From the NCBI GenBank assembly GCA_025458025.1, contig JALOTF010000003.1, positions 12,161-76,160 on the forward strand: DNA of 64,000 nucleotides. The letters run 5' to 3'. The notes beneath the pieces were generated by a model. That model was not told the DNA's origin. It was given only the letters and a program-made list of their open reading frames with translations, and did not search any database. The stretch comes from Beijerinckiaceae bacterium. Its GTDB lineage: Bacteria; Pseudomonadota; Alphaproteobacteria; Rhizobiales; Beijerinckiaceae. Numbering within the stretch: the first letter of the stretch is position 1; each line of letters starts with the position of its first letter. The position numbers and the translations under genes are program-made. Shown here piece by piece: positions 38,632 to 47,401 of this stretch.

Positions 38632-38847
38632 TCAGGGTTTGCGCGCGGCATCCCGGTCGAGACGGGTGATACGCAGTTTCCGCACCGGCTCGGATTTCGT
38701 CTCGAGCTTGGGCACGGGCCGTTCCAGCCGCTCGATCAGGTCGAAGAAGCGTCGGAAGAGCCGCACCGGCTCAAAGCCGGCCGGCGAATGGATGTCCGCC
38801 GGCCGCCTGGCCCGGCGGGTCAGGTTCGGTCGTCTGAAGCGCCACAT
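38632..38847 (-). CDS. Small basic hypothetical protein in the GTA head module
   Basis: 71 aa, 17 Arg; GAGGGA RBS overlapping the end of the previous gene; fills the gap exactly, but could be a spurious GC-rich frame. Confidence 0.4.
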   Translation of the reverse strand: MWRFRRPNLTRRARRPADIHSPAGFEPVRLFRRFFDLIERLERPVPKLETKSEPVRKLRITRLDRDAARKP

Positions 38848-38853
38848 GGTTGG

Positions 38854-39051
38854 TTATCCCTCGGATGAGCCTGTTCGCTGCCGTCGATTGAAACGTGCGA
38901 TTTCACGGACAAAGGCATCGAAACGACGATGAGCCGCTGCACTTTCCCTCAGAAGATGCACGCAGGCCGCCGAGGCGGCTCCGGCCCACAGGAACAGGAC
39001 GAGATGCGCGAGATCGCCCCGCGCAATGATGCTCTCGGTGACCGCATTCAT
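38854..39051 (-). CDS. Small hypothetical protein with one hydrophobic segment (g3.5 position)
   Basis: MNAVTESIIARGDLAHLVLFLWAGAASAACVHLL...; starts 7 nt after the portal stop. Confidence 0.65.
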   Translation of the reverse strand: MNAVTESIIARGDLAHLVLFLWAGAASAACVHLLRESAAAHRRFDAFVREIARFNRRQRTGSSEG

Positions 39052-39058
39052 GGTGCCA

Positions 39059-40261
39059 TCACGGGCGGCCATTGCGCTGCGGGCGTGGCTTTGCCGCCGT
39101 GCCATAGCCGAGGGCTGCGCGCTTTTCCTCGTCGCTGAGGAAGCTCGCTTCGGCCACGCGCTTCCAGAGCGCGCTGCGATCCTCGGCGATGGCCTCGATC
39201 TGGTCGAGATCCGGCAGGATGCTGATGCGCGCGGCATAGGCCGGCTGCAGCCATTGCGCCATCGCTCCCGAAACACGCCGCACCAGCGGCACGATGGTCT
39301 GCCGCCAGAAGGCACGGTTCGCCTCCGCATAGTTCGAATAGGTGTTGTCGCCGGGCAGACCCAGCAGCAGCGGTGGCACGCCGAAAGCCAGCGCGATTTC
39401 CCGCGCCGCACCATTCCGCGCCTCCTGGAAATCCATATCCTTGGGCGTGAGCGCCAGCGGCTTCCAGTCGAGCCCGCCTTCGAGCAGGATCGGCCGACCC
39501 GCATTGCTCTGTCCTGAAAAGGCCTGTTCCAGCTCGGCTTTCAGGCGATCGAATTGCAAGTCCGTCAGGTTTTCCGGCGAGGCATAGACCAGCGCGCCGG
39601 AGGGCCTGGCAGAGTTATCCAGCAAGGCCTTGTTCCAGCGACTGGCGGATTCGTGCATCTCCAGCGGAACCTGCGCTGCCGAAAGCGGCGCATAACCCTG
39701 GTGATCATCCAGCGGATCCGCGAGCCTCAGATGAAGGATCGGCTGCAAGCCATCCGGCGCGACCGGGATCAGCGATCGGGCTGTCCCGAGGCTGTATTCA
39801 TAGCCGCGCGGCCAACCATCCGGGCCGGGCACCACCTTCACGCGATCCGGTCGCAGGGCGTGGATCTCGCGCGGCGCATCCTCGCCATCCGCGATGAGAT
39901 GCAGATAGGCATTCCCGAAGAGCAGAAGATGCGTGAACACCCCGTCAAGCAGGGCAATCCCGCTCTCGCGCGGGTTCGGCCGCTCCAGCAGGCGTTCGAG
40001 CGGGTGGTCCGCCACCTCCGCCCCTTCCACCGTCAGCGCGAGCGGCACATTGGCCGCAGCCTCGGCGATGAGCCGCACGCAGCGATGCACCACCGGGTTG
40101 CGATGAAACCCGGCGCGCACCAACGCCACGCCGCTCGCTTCACCGAACAAGCCGCGTCCGGGATGGTGAAAAGCCAGCATGGGAAAGCCCGCCTTGCGTT
40201 CGGGCGCACGGGGCTCCGGCCCCGGCTTGGCGCCGAGGAGACGGGAGAGGATCGATGTCAT
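39059..40261 (-). CDS. GTA portal protein (g3-like)
   Basis: NPVVHRCVRLIAEAAA, HLLLFGNAY, LDNSARPSGAL, AREIALAFGVPP and NTYSNYAEANRAFWR. Confidence 0.95.
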   Translation of the reverse strand: MTSILSRLLGAKPGPEPRAPERKAGFPMLAFHHPGRGLFGEASGVALVRAGFHRNPVVHRCVRLIAEAAANVPLALTVEGAEVADHPLERLLERPNPRESGIALLDGVFTHLLLFGNAYLHLIADGEDAPREIHALRPDRVKVVPGPDGWPRGYEYSLGTARSLIPVAPDGLQPILHLRLADPLDDHQGYAPLSAAQVPLEMHESASRWNKALLDNSARPSGALVYASPENLTDLQFDRLKAELEQAFSGQSNAGRPILLEGGLDWKPLALTPKDMDFQEARNGAAREIALAFGVPPLLLGLPGDNTYSNYAEANRAFWRQTIVPLVRRVSGAMAQWLQPAYAARISILPDLDQIEAIAEDRSALWKRVAEASFLSDEEKRAALGYGTAAKPRPQRNGRP

Positions 40262-40284
40262 GAAAGCCTCCGGGGGCGTAAGAT

Positions 40285-41583
40285 TCAGCTCAGCTGGCGC
40301 ACCCGAGGGGCAACGCCATCATTCTGGGAAACCAGCGCGGTGACCGCCCAGACCAGCGCATCGAGCCGGTCGGGTGATCGGCCATCCGCGAGGCCATCCG
40401 GCCCGAAGGCCGTCATTTCATCTTCCAGCGCCGGGAAAGCGCCAACGTGATGCACCCGTCCCTGTGCGTAGAAAGCCGCAACGGGCTCGGCGCGCAGGCG
40501 CTTGCCCCGCGTCGCCCGCACCGTTGTCACCGGCACGGCCTCATCCAGCGCGGAGATGACGCTGGCGACCATATCGCCGCCCTGGTTGACCTCCGCGAGC
40601 AGTTGGTCCGCCTCATGGCTGCGGAAGGCCGCGATGGCCCGTGCGGCCCAAGCCTCGGGCTTGGCGGCCTCCAGTGAGGCATCTTCCAGAACGTAGATCG
40701 CGCCATCCGCGGCGCGCCCCGCGACAACGATTCCGCAGCGTCCGCCGCGCTTGCCGCCGGCAGGCGGGTCGACGGCCACCACAATCCGTTCGAGATCGGG
40801 CGCTTCCGCCACCCTCGCCCGTTCAAAGGTCTCGCGCCGGAACAGCGCGTCGGGGTTCTCCTCGACAAAGAGCCCTTCGAGTTCCTGCCGGCCCAGAGAC
40901 GTCCCCGCATACCGATCCACCACCTGCGCGAGGAAGGCCGGCGCGAGATTGACCGCGTTGGCGCGGGTTGAAGCGCGCGTCACCGCCGCATGCGGATCAT
41001 TCGCGAGCCGTTTCAGCAGCGGGATCGGCCGCGGCGTGGTCGTGATCACCTGCCGGGGCTGGTCACCCAGACGAAGCCCGAATTGCAGCATGTCGAATGC
41101 GGCTTCCGCATAACGCCATTTCGCGAGCTCATCGCACCACGCCGCCTCGAATTGCGGACCGCGCAAGGATTCCGGATCTTCCGCCGAAAAGCCTTGCGCA
41201 ATCGCGCCGTTCGGCCATTCCAGCCGGCGACGGCTGGCATTCCATTCTGGCCGTTCATCAGGCCGATGCACCGCACGCAAGCCGGAAACGCCTTCCACCA
41301 TCACCTCGCGCAGGTCGTTCTGCGTCTCGGCAACGATGGCAATGCGCCCAACGGGCTCCGCGCTGAAGGGCGGCAGGCCCATCGCAAGGCCCCGTACCCA
41401 TTCCGCGCCGGTGCGGGTCTTGCCTGCCCCGCGCCCGCCGAGCACCAGCCAAGTGGTCCAGGGCCCGCCATCGCGCGCCTGCGCCGGCGGCAATTGGTCT
41501 TCGCGGGCGAAGAGCGTCCAGTCCGTCGCGAAGGCCTGAATGGCCTCTGGCGAGAGGCTCTCAAGCAGAACCGGCCCCTTCAT
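40285..41583 (-). CDS. GTA large terminase (g2-like)
   Basis: Walker A GGRGAGKT, Walker B AAWCDE, nuclease VVAVDPP and SPDRLDALVWA. Confidence 0.95.
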   Translation of the reverse strand: MKGPVLLESLSPEAIQAFATDWTLFAREDQLPPAQARDGGPWTTWLVLGGRGAGKTRTGAEWVRGLAMGLPPFSAEPVGRIAIVAETQNDLREVMVEGVSGLRAVHRPDERPEWNASRRRLEWPNGAIAQGFSAEDPESLRGPQFEAAWCDELAKWRYAEAAFDMLQFGLRLGDQPRQVITTTPRPIPLLKRLANDPHAAVTRASTRANAVNLAPAFLAQVVDRYAGTSLGRQELEGLFVEENPDALFRRETFERARVAEAPDLERIVVAVDPPAGGKRGGRCGIVVAGRAADGAIYVLEDASLEAAKPEAWAARAIAAFRSHEADQLLAEVNQGGDMVASVISALDEAVPVTTVRATRGKRLRAEPVAAFYAQGRVHHVGAFPALEDEMTAFGPDGLADGRSPDRLDALVWAVTALVSQNDGVAPRVRQLS

Positions 41584-41926
41584 CCTGGAGACGCAACTGC
41601 TCAAGCCTTTCCGCAAGCTCGCGACGGAATTCGGCGAGAGCGCGGGCGGGCGTCGCGAGTGAGGCATGGTTCTGTTTCTCCGCCGCCTTCGAGGCGATAG
41701 CCTCGTCGTCGATGGCCACGAGATCGCGGATGGTCCGCGCGATGATGGCGAGCGTCTTGGCGTCACGTTCCAGCGCCTGCGGGTCCTCCCGCTGGGCGGC
41801 GAGGCGGCTTTCCACCTCATCCACCTGCTTTTCCGCCGTCTGCCAGAGGCGGGAGACAATGCGCCGGCGCCGGGTGATGCCCGGTCGGCGGGTGGTGGGT
41901 GATGAAACAGGTCGATTGGCGTTCAT
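41561..41926 (-). CDS. Putative small terminase (g1 position)
   Basis: 121-aa helical protein (RDAKTLAIIARTIRDL...RRELAERL) overlapping the large terminase start by 23 nt; RBS GGGGAAG. Confidence 0.65.
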   Translation of the reverse strand: MNANRPVSSPTTRRPGITRRRRIVSRLWQTAEKQVDEVESRLAAQREDPQALERDAKTLAIIARTIRDLVAIDDEAIASKAAEKQNHASLATPARALAEFRRELAERLEQLRLQDEGAGSA

Positions 41927-42146
41927 TCGGCTTCCCCCTCGAAGAACAAATCCGTCCTGTTCCGGATCAGGAGCGAAGCGCATCGCGCCCTCGGCACGGA
42001 TGATTTCCGTGCAGAACGCGAAGCACCGCCCCGTTGCGGAAACGGGCCGGAGGACAATCATGAAAAGGTCTCGCTGGCACTCCCCGTGCCGCGCCGCTTC
42101 AGGCGTTCAGGTCACAATTCGGGAGCGTGAGGAAACACTGCCCGAT

Positions 42147-42198
42147 CACCGTGACGGTGTCAATGACTAAATTCCTACCATAGGAATATTAACCTTAA
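42147..42198 (-). promoter_or_regulatory. Candidate GTA operon promoter with two palindromic operators
   Basis: TTGACA on the minus strand (42158-42163); palindromes CACCG-N3-CGGTG (42147-42159) and ATTCCTA-N3-TAGGAAT (42171-42187); TTAACCTTAA (42189-42198). Confidence 0.55.
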
Positions 42199-42707
42199 TT
42201 GCGGGGATTACGGCCCGCGCCTGCCTTCCGGGCCGGTCGCGCGCCTTTGGGCCAGCGGCCCGGCCAGGCGCGGATGCGTGCGACGAGTTCGGGGACTTCG
42301 AAATCCTCTTCGCTGCCCGAAAGACGATCCTTCACGCTCACACCGGCCTCGACCACGCTCTCTGCGCCGCCCGAAACCAGCGGATGCCATTCCGGCAGAT
42401 CCTGCCCCTCCGCCAGCAGCCGGTAGGCGCAGGTCGGGGGCATCCAGTGGAGATCGGCGATATTCTCTGGCCGGAGCGTCACGCAATCCGGCACGACAGA
42501 GGAGCGATTGGGGTAATCCCGGCAGCGGCAGGTCGCGCCATCGAGCAGGCGGCAGCCGACATCCGTGAAGTGGATCGTACCCGAATCCTCATCCTCGAGC
42601 TTCACGAGGCAGCAACGCCCACAGCCATCGCACAGGCTTTCCCATTCCGCCTCGCTCATCGCGGCAAGAGTCTTCGTCTGCCAGAAGGGCCGTTCCGCAT
42701 CGCTCAT
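42195..42707 (-). CDS. YcgN family cysteine cluster protein
   Basis: [28 protein letters not shown] and [10 protein letters not shown]. Confidence 0.92.
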   Translation of the reverse strand: MSDAERPFWQTKTLAAMSEAEWESLCDGCGRCCLVKLEDEDSGTIHFTDVGCRLLDGATCRCRDYPNRSSVVPDCVTLRPENIADLHWMPPTCAYRLLAEGQDLPEWHPLVSGGAESVVEAGVSVKDRLSGSEEDFEVPELVARIRAWPGRWPKGARPARKAGAGRNPRN

Positions 42708-42811
42708 GCGCCTGTCCTGCGACGGATGGGATGGGCGGTCAATCGCCGCCACTGGCTTTCGAGGCGAGAAGCAGCTAGAAGAGAGGCGCTTTCAACGCGA
42801 TTTTCGGCCGC

Positions 42812-44992
42812 ATGGATTTTCAGCGCGTCACCTGGACCGAGCGTTTCCGGCGTCGCCTGCGCGACCTCGATGCGTGGCTGGAGCACGGCCTTTTCCAGCT
42901 CGGGCGACGATTGGGCGAGGTGCTCTGGCGCATCCGTCATGCTTCTGACCGGCTGGAGCCCTCCCCGTTCGGCCGTGTGATGGTGACGCTCGCCTGCGAG
43001 GCGCTGACCTATGCGGCCATTGGCGCCGTTCTCCTCACGGCGCTGGCGAAACCCGCCTTTCGCGCCGTGAACGAGGAGAACTGGCTGAAACAGACCGATC
43101 TCGCGGTCACTTTCCTCGATTCCGGCGGGCAGGTGCTCGGCAAGCGCGGCATCCTGCATTCGGAATCGGTGGCGGTGGAGCAATTGCCGGAGCACCTCGT
43201 GAAAGCCGCGCTCGGCACCGAGGATCGCCGGTTCTACGAGCATTTCGGCATTGATATCGGCGGCCTTTTCCGCGCGATGATGTCGAATGCGCGCGCCGGC
43301 GGTGTGGTGCAGGGTGGCTCGACCATCACCCAGCAGCTCGCGAAGAACCTGTTTCTCAGCAATGAGCGCACGCTGGATCGCAAGATCAAGGAGGCCTTTC
43401 TCGCCTTCTGGCTGGAGGCGCGGCTGCCGAAGAACGAGATTTTGCGGCTCTATCTGGATCGCGCCTATCTTGGAAACGGCGTGTTCGGCGTGCAATCCGC
43501 CGCCGAGCATTATTTCGGCAAGAACGTGCGCGATCTCACCCTCGCGGAAGCCGCGATGATCGCGGGCCTCTTCAAGGCGCCCTCGCGCTTCTCCCCCACA
43601 GTGAACCTGCCGGCGGCGCGCGCCCGTGCGGCGGACGTGCTGTCCAACATGGTGGAAGCGAAGTTCCTCACGCCGGGCCAAGTCGCGGCCGCCTTACGCA
43701 ACCCTGCGACACCCATCGAGCGCACCACGGATACGGTGGCGGATTACGCGCTCGATTATGCCTTCGAGGAAATCAAGCAGCTCGCCGCTGCCGGCAAGCT
43801 CGGCAACGAGCGTGTGCTCACCGTGCGCACGCCCATCGACCGCAATCTCCAGCGCCATGCCGAGCGCTCGCTGGAGGCGATCCTGCGCGAGCAGGGCCCG
43901 AATTACGGCGTCTCACAGGCCGCGATGGTCGTGCTCGACCATGATGGCGGCCTGCGCGCGATGATCGGCGGGCGCGATTACGGGCAAAGCCAGTTCAACC
44001 GCGCGACGCAGGCGATGCGCCAGACCGGCTCCTCCTTCAAGACCTTCGTGTATGCGGCAGCCCTCGCGGAAGGCGTGGTGAAACCGGATACGACCGTCAC
44101 GGATCGCCCGACCTGCGTCGGCAACTGGTGCCCCGCCAATTACGGCCGCTCCTATGCCGGCTCGATGAGCGCGACTGTGGCATTTGCGAAATCCATCAAC
44201 ACCATTCCGGTGCAGCTCACCACGGCCATCGGCAAGGGCAACAACAAGCTTGGGCGCGAAAAGATCATCGCCTTCACCAAGGCCGTGGGCTTCCAGAACG
44301 ACCTGCGCGACATGACCTCGCTGCCGATCGGATCATCCGAGGCAACCGTGATCGACATGGTCGCAGGCTTCAACACCTTTGCGAATGGCGGCAAGCTCTC
44401 GAAGCCCTACACGGCGCGCGAGGTGCTGAATGCGCAGGGGCAGGTGATCTACCGGCCCGATCCGCCGGAAATCCGGCATCGCCCTGTCATGTCCTCGCAG
44501 GCCGCGAAGGATCTCATCTACATGATGTCGAAGGTACCGACCGAAGGCACGGGCCGCCGCGCCTTCCTGCCGGGCGTGCCCACTGGCGGCAAAACCGGCA
44601 CTACGGATGAATATCGCAATGCCTGGTATGGCGGCTTTTCCGGCACCTTTACTGCAGTCGCGTGGTTCGGGAACGACGATTTCAGCCCCACGAACAACAT
44701 GACCGGCGGCTCGCTGCCCGCCATGGCCTTCGCCCGCGTGATGGCCTTCGCGCATCTTGATACCGAGTTGAAGCCGCTCTACGGCCTCGAAAACGAGATG
44801 CCCCAGCGCGACCCCAAGCTGGTGGATGTCGCGGGCACGGCCGATCTCGCCAAGGGCGAAGGCGCGCGCAACCTGCGCCTCACACCGGCGGGCCGCAACC
44901 TGCTGAAGGAAATCGAGGCGCTCGCGGAAGACCCCGCCGAGAAGCCTGCGCGCCCCCTCTCGCAAGCCCCCGCTTCGCCCGGCCGTTCGTGA
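42812..44992 (+). CDS. Class A penicillin-binding protein (PBP1A family)
   Basis: Transglycosylase EDRRFYEH and QGGSTITQQLAKN; transpeptidase SSFK, SIN and KTG. Confidence 0.94.
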   Translation: MDFQRVTWTERFRRRLRDLDAWLEHGLFQLGRRLGEVLWRIRHASDRLEPSPFGRVMVTLACEALTYAAIGAVLLTALAKPAFRAVNEENWLKQTDLAVTFLDSGGQVLGKRGILHSESVAVEQLPEHLVKAALGTEDRRFYEHFGIDIGGLFRAMMSNARAGGVVQGGSTITQQLAKNLFLSNERTLDRKIKEAFLAFWLEARLPKNEILRLYLDRAYLGNGVFGVQSAAEHYFGKNVRDLTLAEAAMIAGLFKAPSRFSPTVNLPAARARAADVLSNMVEAKFLTPGQVAAALRNPATPIERTTDTVADYALDYAFEEIKQLAAAGKLGNERVLTVRTPIDRNLQRHAERSLEAILREQGPNYGVSQAAMVVLDHDGGLRAMIGGRDYGQSQFNRATQAMRQTGSSFKTFVYAAALAEGVVKPDTTVTDRPTCVGNWCPANYGRSYAGSMSATVAFAKSINTIPVQLTTAIGKGNNKLGREKIIAFTKAVGFQNDLRDMTSLPIGSSEATVIDMVAGFNTFANGGKLSKPYTAREVLNAQGQVIYRPDPPEIRHRPVMSSQAAKDLIYMMSKVPTEGTGRRAFLPGVPTGGKTGTTDEYRNAWYGGFSGTFTAVAWFGNDDFSPTNNMTGGSLPAMAFARVMAFAHLDTELKPLYGLENEMPQRDPKLVDVAGTADLAKGEGARNLRLTPAGRNLLKEIEALAEDPAEKPARPLSQAPASPGRS

Positions 44993-44999
44993 TCAGCCG

Positions 45000-45578
45000 A
45001 TGCGTTTTCTGAGCCTCATCGCCGCGCTGCTCGCCGGGCTCGTGGCCGGCCTCGGCCTCACGGCTCTGGTCGCGCGCGATGGCATCGTGTTTGATCGCCG
45101 GCAACTCGGCGCCTGGAGCTTTGCACCGCGCATCGGCAGCGAACTGATCGACCCCTATGCCCGCGCGCGGATGCTCGTTTCCGGCGAATTGCCACTGGCA
45201 AATGGCGAGGGCTTCAGCCTTGTCGCCAGCGTGGATGAGAACGGAGAAACCCTTTCTGCGCGCTGCACCTATCGCGTCAGCGGGCCCCTGCCCGCCGCGC
45301 GCTTCTGGACGCTGACGATCACTACGCCGAACGGACAGCTGCTCGACACACCCTTGCGCCGTTCCAGCTTTACCTCGGCGGAAGTTCTGCGCTTTGCTGG
45401 TGAGCCTTTCGCGATTGAGATCGGCGCGCGGCCCCTGCCCGGCAACTGGCTGCCAACCCCGGCCTCCGGCGCCTTCCTGCTCACCCTGCGCCTTTATGAA
45501 ACCCCGCTTTCGGCGACCGCTACCGTGCTCGACCCTGCAATGTTGCCGCGGGTCGAGCGGGTGGGATGCACCGCATGA
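45000..45578 (+). CDS. DUF1214-like protein
   Basis: N-terminal TM, DPYARAR, CTYRVSG, ARFWTLT, GNWLP and LTLRLYETP. Confidence 0.75.
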   Translation: MRFLSLIAALLAGLVAGLGLTALVARDGIVFDRRQLGAWSFAPRIGSELIDPYARARMLVSGELPLANGEGFSLVASVDENGETLSARCTYRVSGPLPAARFWTLTITTPNGQLLDTPLRRSSFTSAEVLRFAGEPFAIEIGARPLPGNWLPTPASGAFLLTLRLYETPLSATATVLDPAMLPRVERVGCTA

Positions 45579-46123
45579 CACTGCTGCTGCATCTCTTCAT
45601 CGCGCTTGTCATCGCGGGCCTCGTGCATCTCGGCGGGCTGTTCGCCCTGCCGCGCACCACGACGGATGACGTGTTTTCCACCCTCTCCCGCGAGGTCACC
45701 GGCAGCGGCATCGCGCTCGTGCCAGAAGAGCGCGTGCGCACGTTGCGCTTCGTTGATCCGAATGTCGCGATTGGGGTTTGCCGGTTTGATCTGACAGCGG
45801 GTCCGTTCCGCGTGCGCACAGGCCTGTCGGAAACCTTCCTCGCCGTGGTCTTTGCCCGTGAGCAGAGCGGCATCATCACTTCCGTCTCGGATCGTGCCGC
45901 GACGAGTGGCGCGCTCGATGTCGTGTTCGCAACACCCGAGCAATTGCGGCGCATCTCGGAACTCGATGAATCGGGCGAGGCCATCGAGGAAATCCGCGTG
46001 CCCTCGCCGAATCGCACGGGCATCGCCATCATCAAGGTGCTGGTCGATCGCCCCTCGGGCCGCGCGAATGCCGAGACGGTTCTGCGCGCGGTGCAATGCG
46101 GCAGCGAGGCGCTGCCGGGCTGA
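45566..46123 (+). CDS. DUF1254-like protein
   Basis: N-terminal TM (GLVHLGGLFALP), DPNVAIGVCRFDLTAGP; coupled to the DUF1214-like gene. Confidence 0.65.
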   Translation: MHRMTLLLHLFIALVIAGLVHLGGLFALPRTTTDDVFSTLSREVTGSGIALVPEERVRTLRFVDPNVAIGVCRFDLTAGPFRVRTGLSETFLAVVFAREQSGIITSVSDRAATSGALDVVFATPEQLRRISELDESGEAIEEIRVPSPNRTGIAIIKVLVDRPSGRANAETVLRAVQCGSEALPG

Positions 46124-46126
46124 CGC

Positions 46127-47005
46127 TTAACCCTTGCGAACCAGCGGACGGGGCGCCAGCGGTTCCGGCAAGGCCACAGGCTCCGTGCAGGCCGTTGGGA
46201 TCACCGTGTCCTTCCGGAAGCGGCCGATATCCGCCTCGAAAGCCATCAGCGTGCGTTCTGCGGGGATCGCCTCGCGTTCCGGGCCTTCCACCAGCAGGTG
46301 TTCGAGCGAATAGCGATATTGCGCCGCGCGATCATGGTAGGCCCATTGCACCCGCGCGATGATCAGCGCGTTCTCGCAGATGCGCTTGATCGCCTGCTCG
46401 CGCTGCTCCTCCGTGAGATGCGCGACATGTGTCAGGCTGCGCGCACGGACATGATCCGCCTGCACCACCTGCGCGGCGATCAGCTTGAAATGCGGGATCA
46501 GCGCATGATCCGCCGTGATGACATCCCGCACGCGATTGTAGCGCGAGGTCAGCGAGCGGAAGGTCTCGCCATTGGTCAGCACCCGTAGGCTCGGCGAATA
46601 GCCAACGCCTCCGCCCAGATAGGGGCCACCCATGATGGTGCGGTGGAAGAGCGTCACATCCTCGCCGCGCGGCGGCAGCAGCCTGTGATAGGCGAAATGA
46701 TCCTGCATCCGCGTGAGAACCGGCGCATCAGTCTCGGGCATCAGGAAGTTCCAGGCCCGGTTGCGCAGTTCCTTCTCATCCTCGGTCAGCGCATACCAGG
46801 AGGCCGGCTCGCCACGAGAGGTGGCCGCGACAATGCCCATGGTCGGCAGGATAGAATTCTCCCAGACGCCTTGCTGAGGGCGACCGAAATCGCCCGTGGC
46901 TGAGTAACAGCCCGAGAGCGCGAGGCACATGGCCCCGGCGAAAATCGAAAATGTGCCGTGGTTGAAAACGCGGAACTTATCACGGCCAGCGAAAGGACGT
47001 GCCAT
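46127..47005 (-). CDS. Putative lipoprotein of unknown function
   Basis: Lipobox LSGC followed by TGDFGRP; helical body. Confidence 0.7.
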   Translation of the reverse strand: MARPFAGRDKFRVFNHGTFSIFAGAMCLALSGCYSATGDFGRPQQGVWENSILPTMGIVAATSRGEPASWYALTEDEKELRNRAWNFLMPETDAPVLTRMQDHFAYHRLLPPRGEDVTLFHRTIMGGPYLGGGVGYSPSLRVLTNGETFRSLTSRYNRVRDVITADHALIPHFKLIAAQVVQADHVRARSLTHVAHLTEEQREQAIKRICENALIIARVQWAYHDRAAQYRYSLEHLLVEGPEREAIPAERTLMAFEADIGRFRKDTVIPTACTEPVALPEPLAPRPLVRKG

Positions 47006-47050
47006 CGCCGGTCTCCGTTGAATTCTGTTGTCCCGCCGCGAAAAGCCGCG

Positions 47051-47245
47051 TCAGGCCCTTTTTCTGTTCTTCCCGCGTTTCGCATGCCGTTTGGCTGCGA
47101 CCGCATCTGGCCCCTCATGGCGCTCATACCGAACGCCCAGGAAGAGGAAGATCTCCGCTCCACTTCCGCCTTCACCGATTTCGACATCGGTTTTGGGGCG
47201 GGATCGAACTTCCTGTCGGGGCCGCAAGCGAATGACCTCGCCCAT
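47051..47245 (-). CDS. Small hypothetical protein
   Basis: MGEVIRL start, AEIFLFLGVRYER core, basic tail; CtrA-like box 85 nt upstream. Confidence 0.6.
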   Translation of the reverse strand: MGEVIRLRPRQEVRSRPKTDVEIGEGGSGAEIFLFLGVRYERHEGPDAVAAKRHAKRGKNRKRA

Positions 47246-47329
47246 GACCCAAGCTCCTTTTTTCAGGCGCTGAAGCGACCAGAAATCCCGTTTCGAATCA
47301 CCGCCTGATGACCAAACTCGGGGAGAAGT

Positions 47330-47345
47330 GTTAAACCTCTCCTAA
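47330..47345 (-). promoter_or_regulatory. Near-consensus CtrA site
   Basis: Plus strand GTTAAACCTCTCCTAA reads TTAG-N7-TTAAC on the minus strand (one mismatch). Confidence 0.55.
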
Positions 47346-47401
47346 AATTCGTCCGGTTTCGGAGCAGTATTACCCTGTGTTGCAGGCGCGTCGCAGTGCA
47401 A

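Larger units (their letters stand above)
26250..41926 (-). mobile_element. RcGTA-type gene transfer agent head-tail gene cluster (domesticated phage module)
   Basis: Co-directional, tightly coupled terminase-portal-protease-capsid-adaptor-tail-short tape measure-DUF2460-DUF2163-NlpC-megatron order; no integrase, repressor or replication gene at either end; flanked by housekeeping genes. Confidence 0.9.

Noticed and set aside
41583-41859. Large terminase frame stays open 92 codons upstream across the small terminase (possible fusion by frameshift)
   Set aside because: No slippery site or terminase-like sequence in the extension; open alternate frames of this length are common at this GC content.
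26250-41926. Interpretation as a temperate prophage
   Set aside because: No integrase, repressor, replication or att-like features were seen; gene order and the short tape measure match RcGTA; flanks are conserved housekeeping genes.
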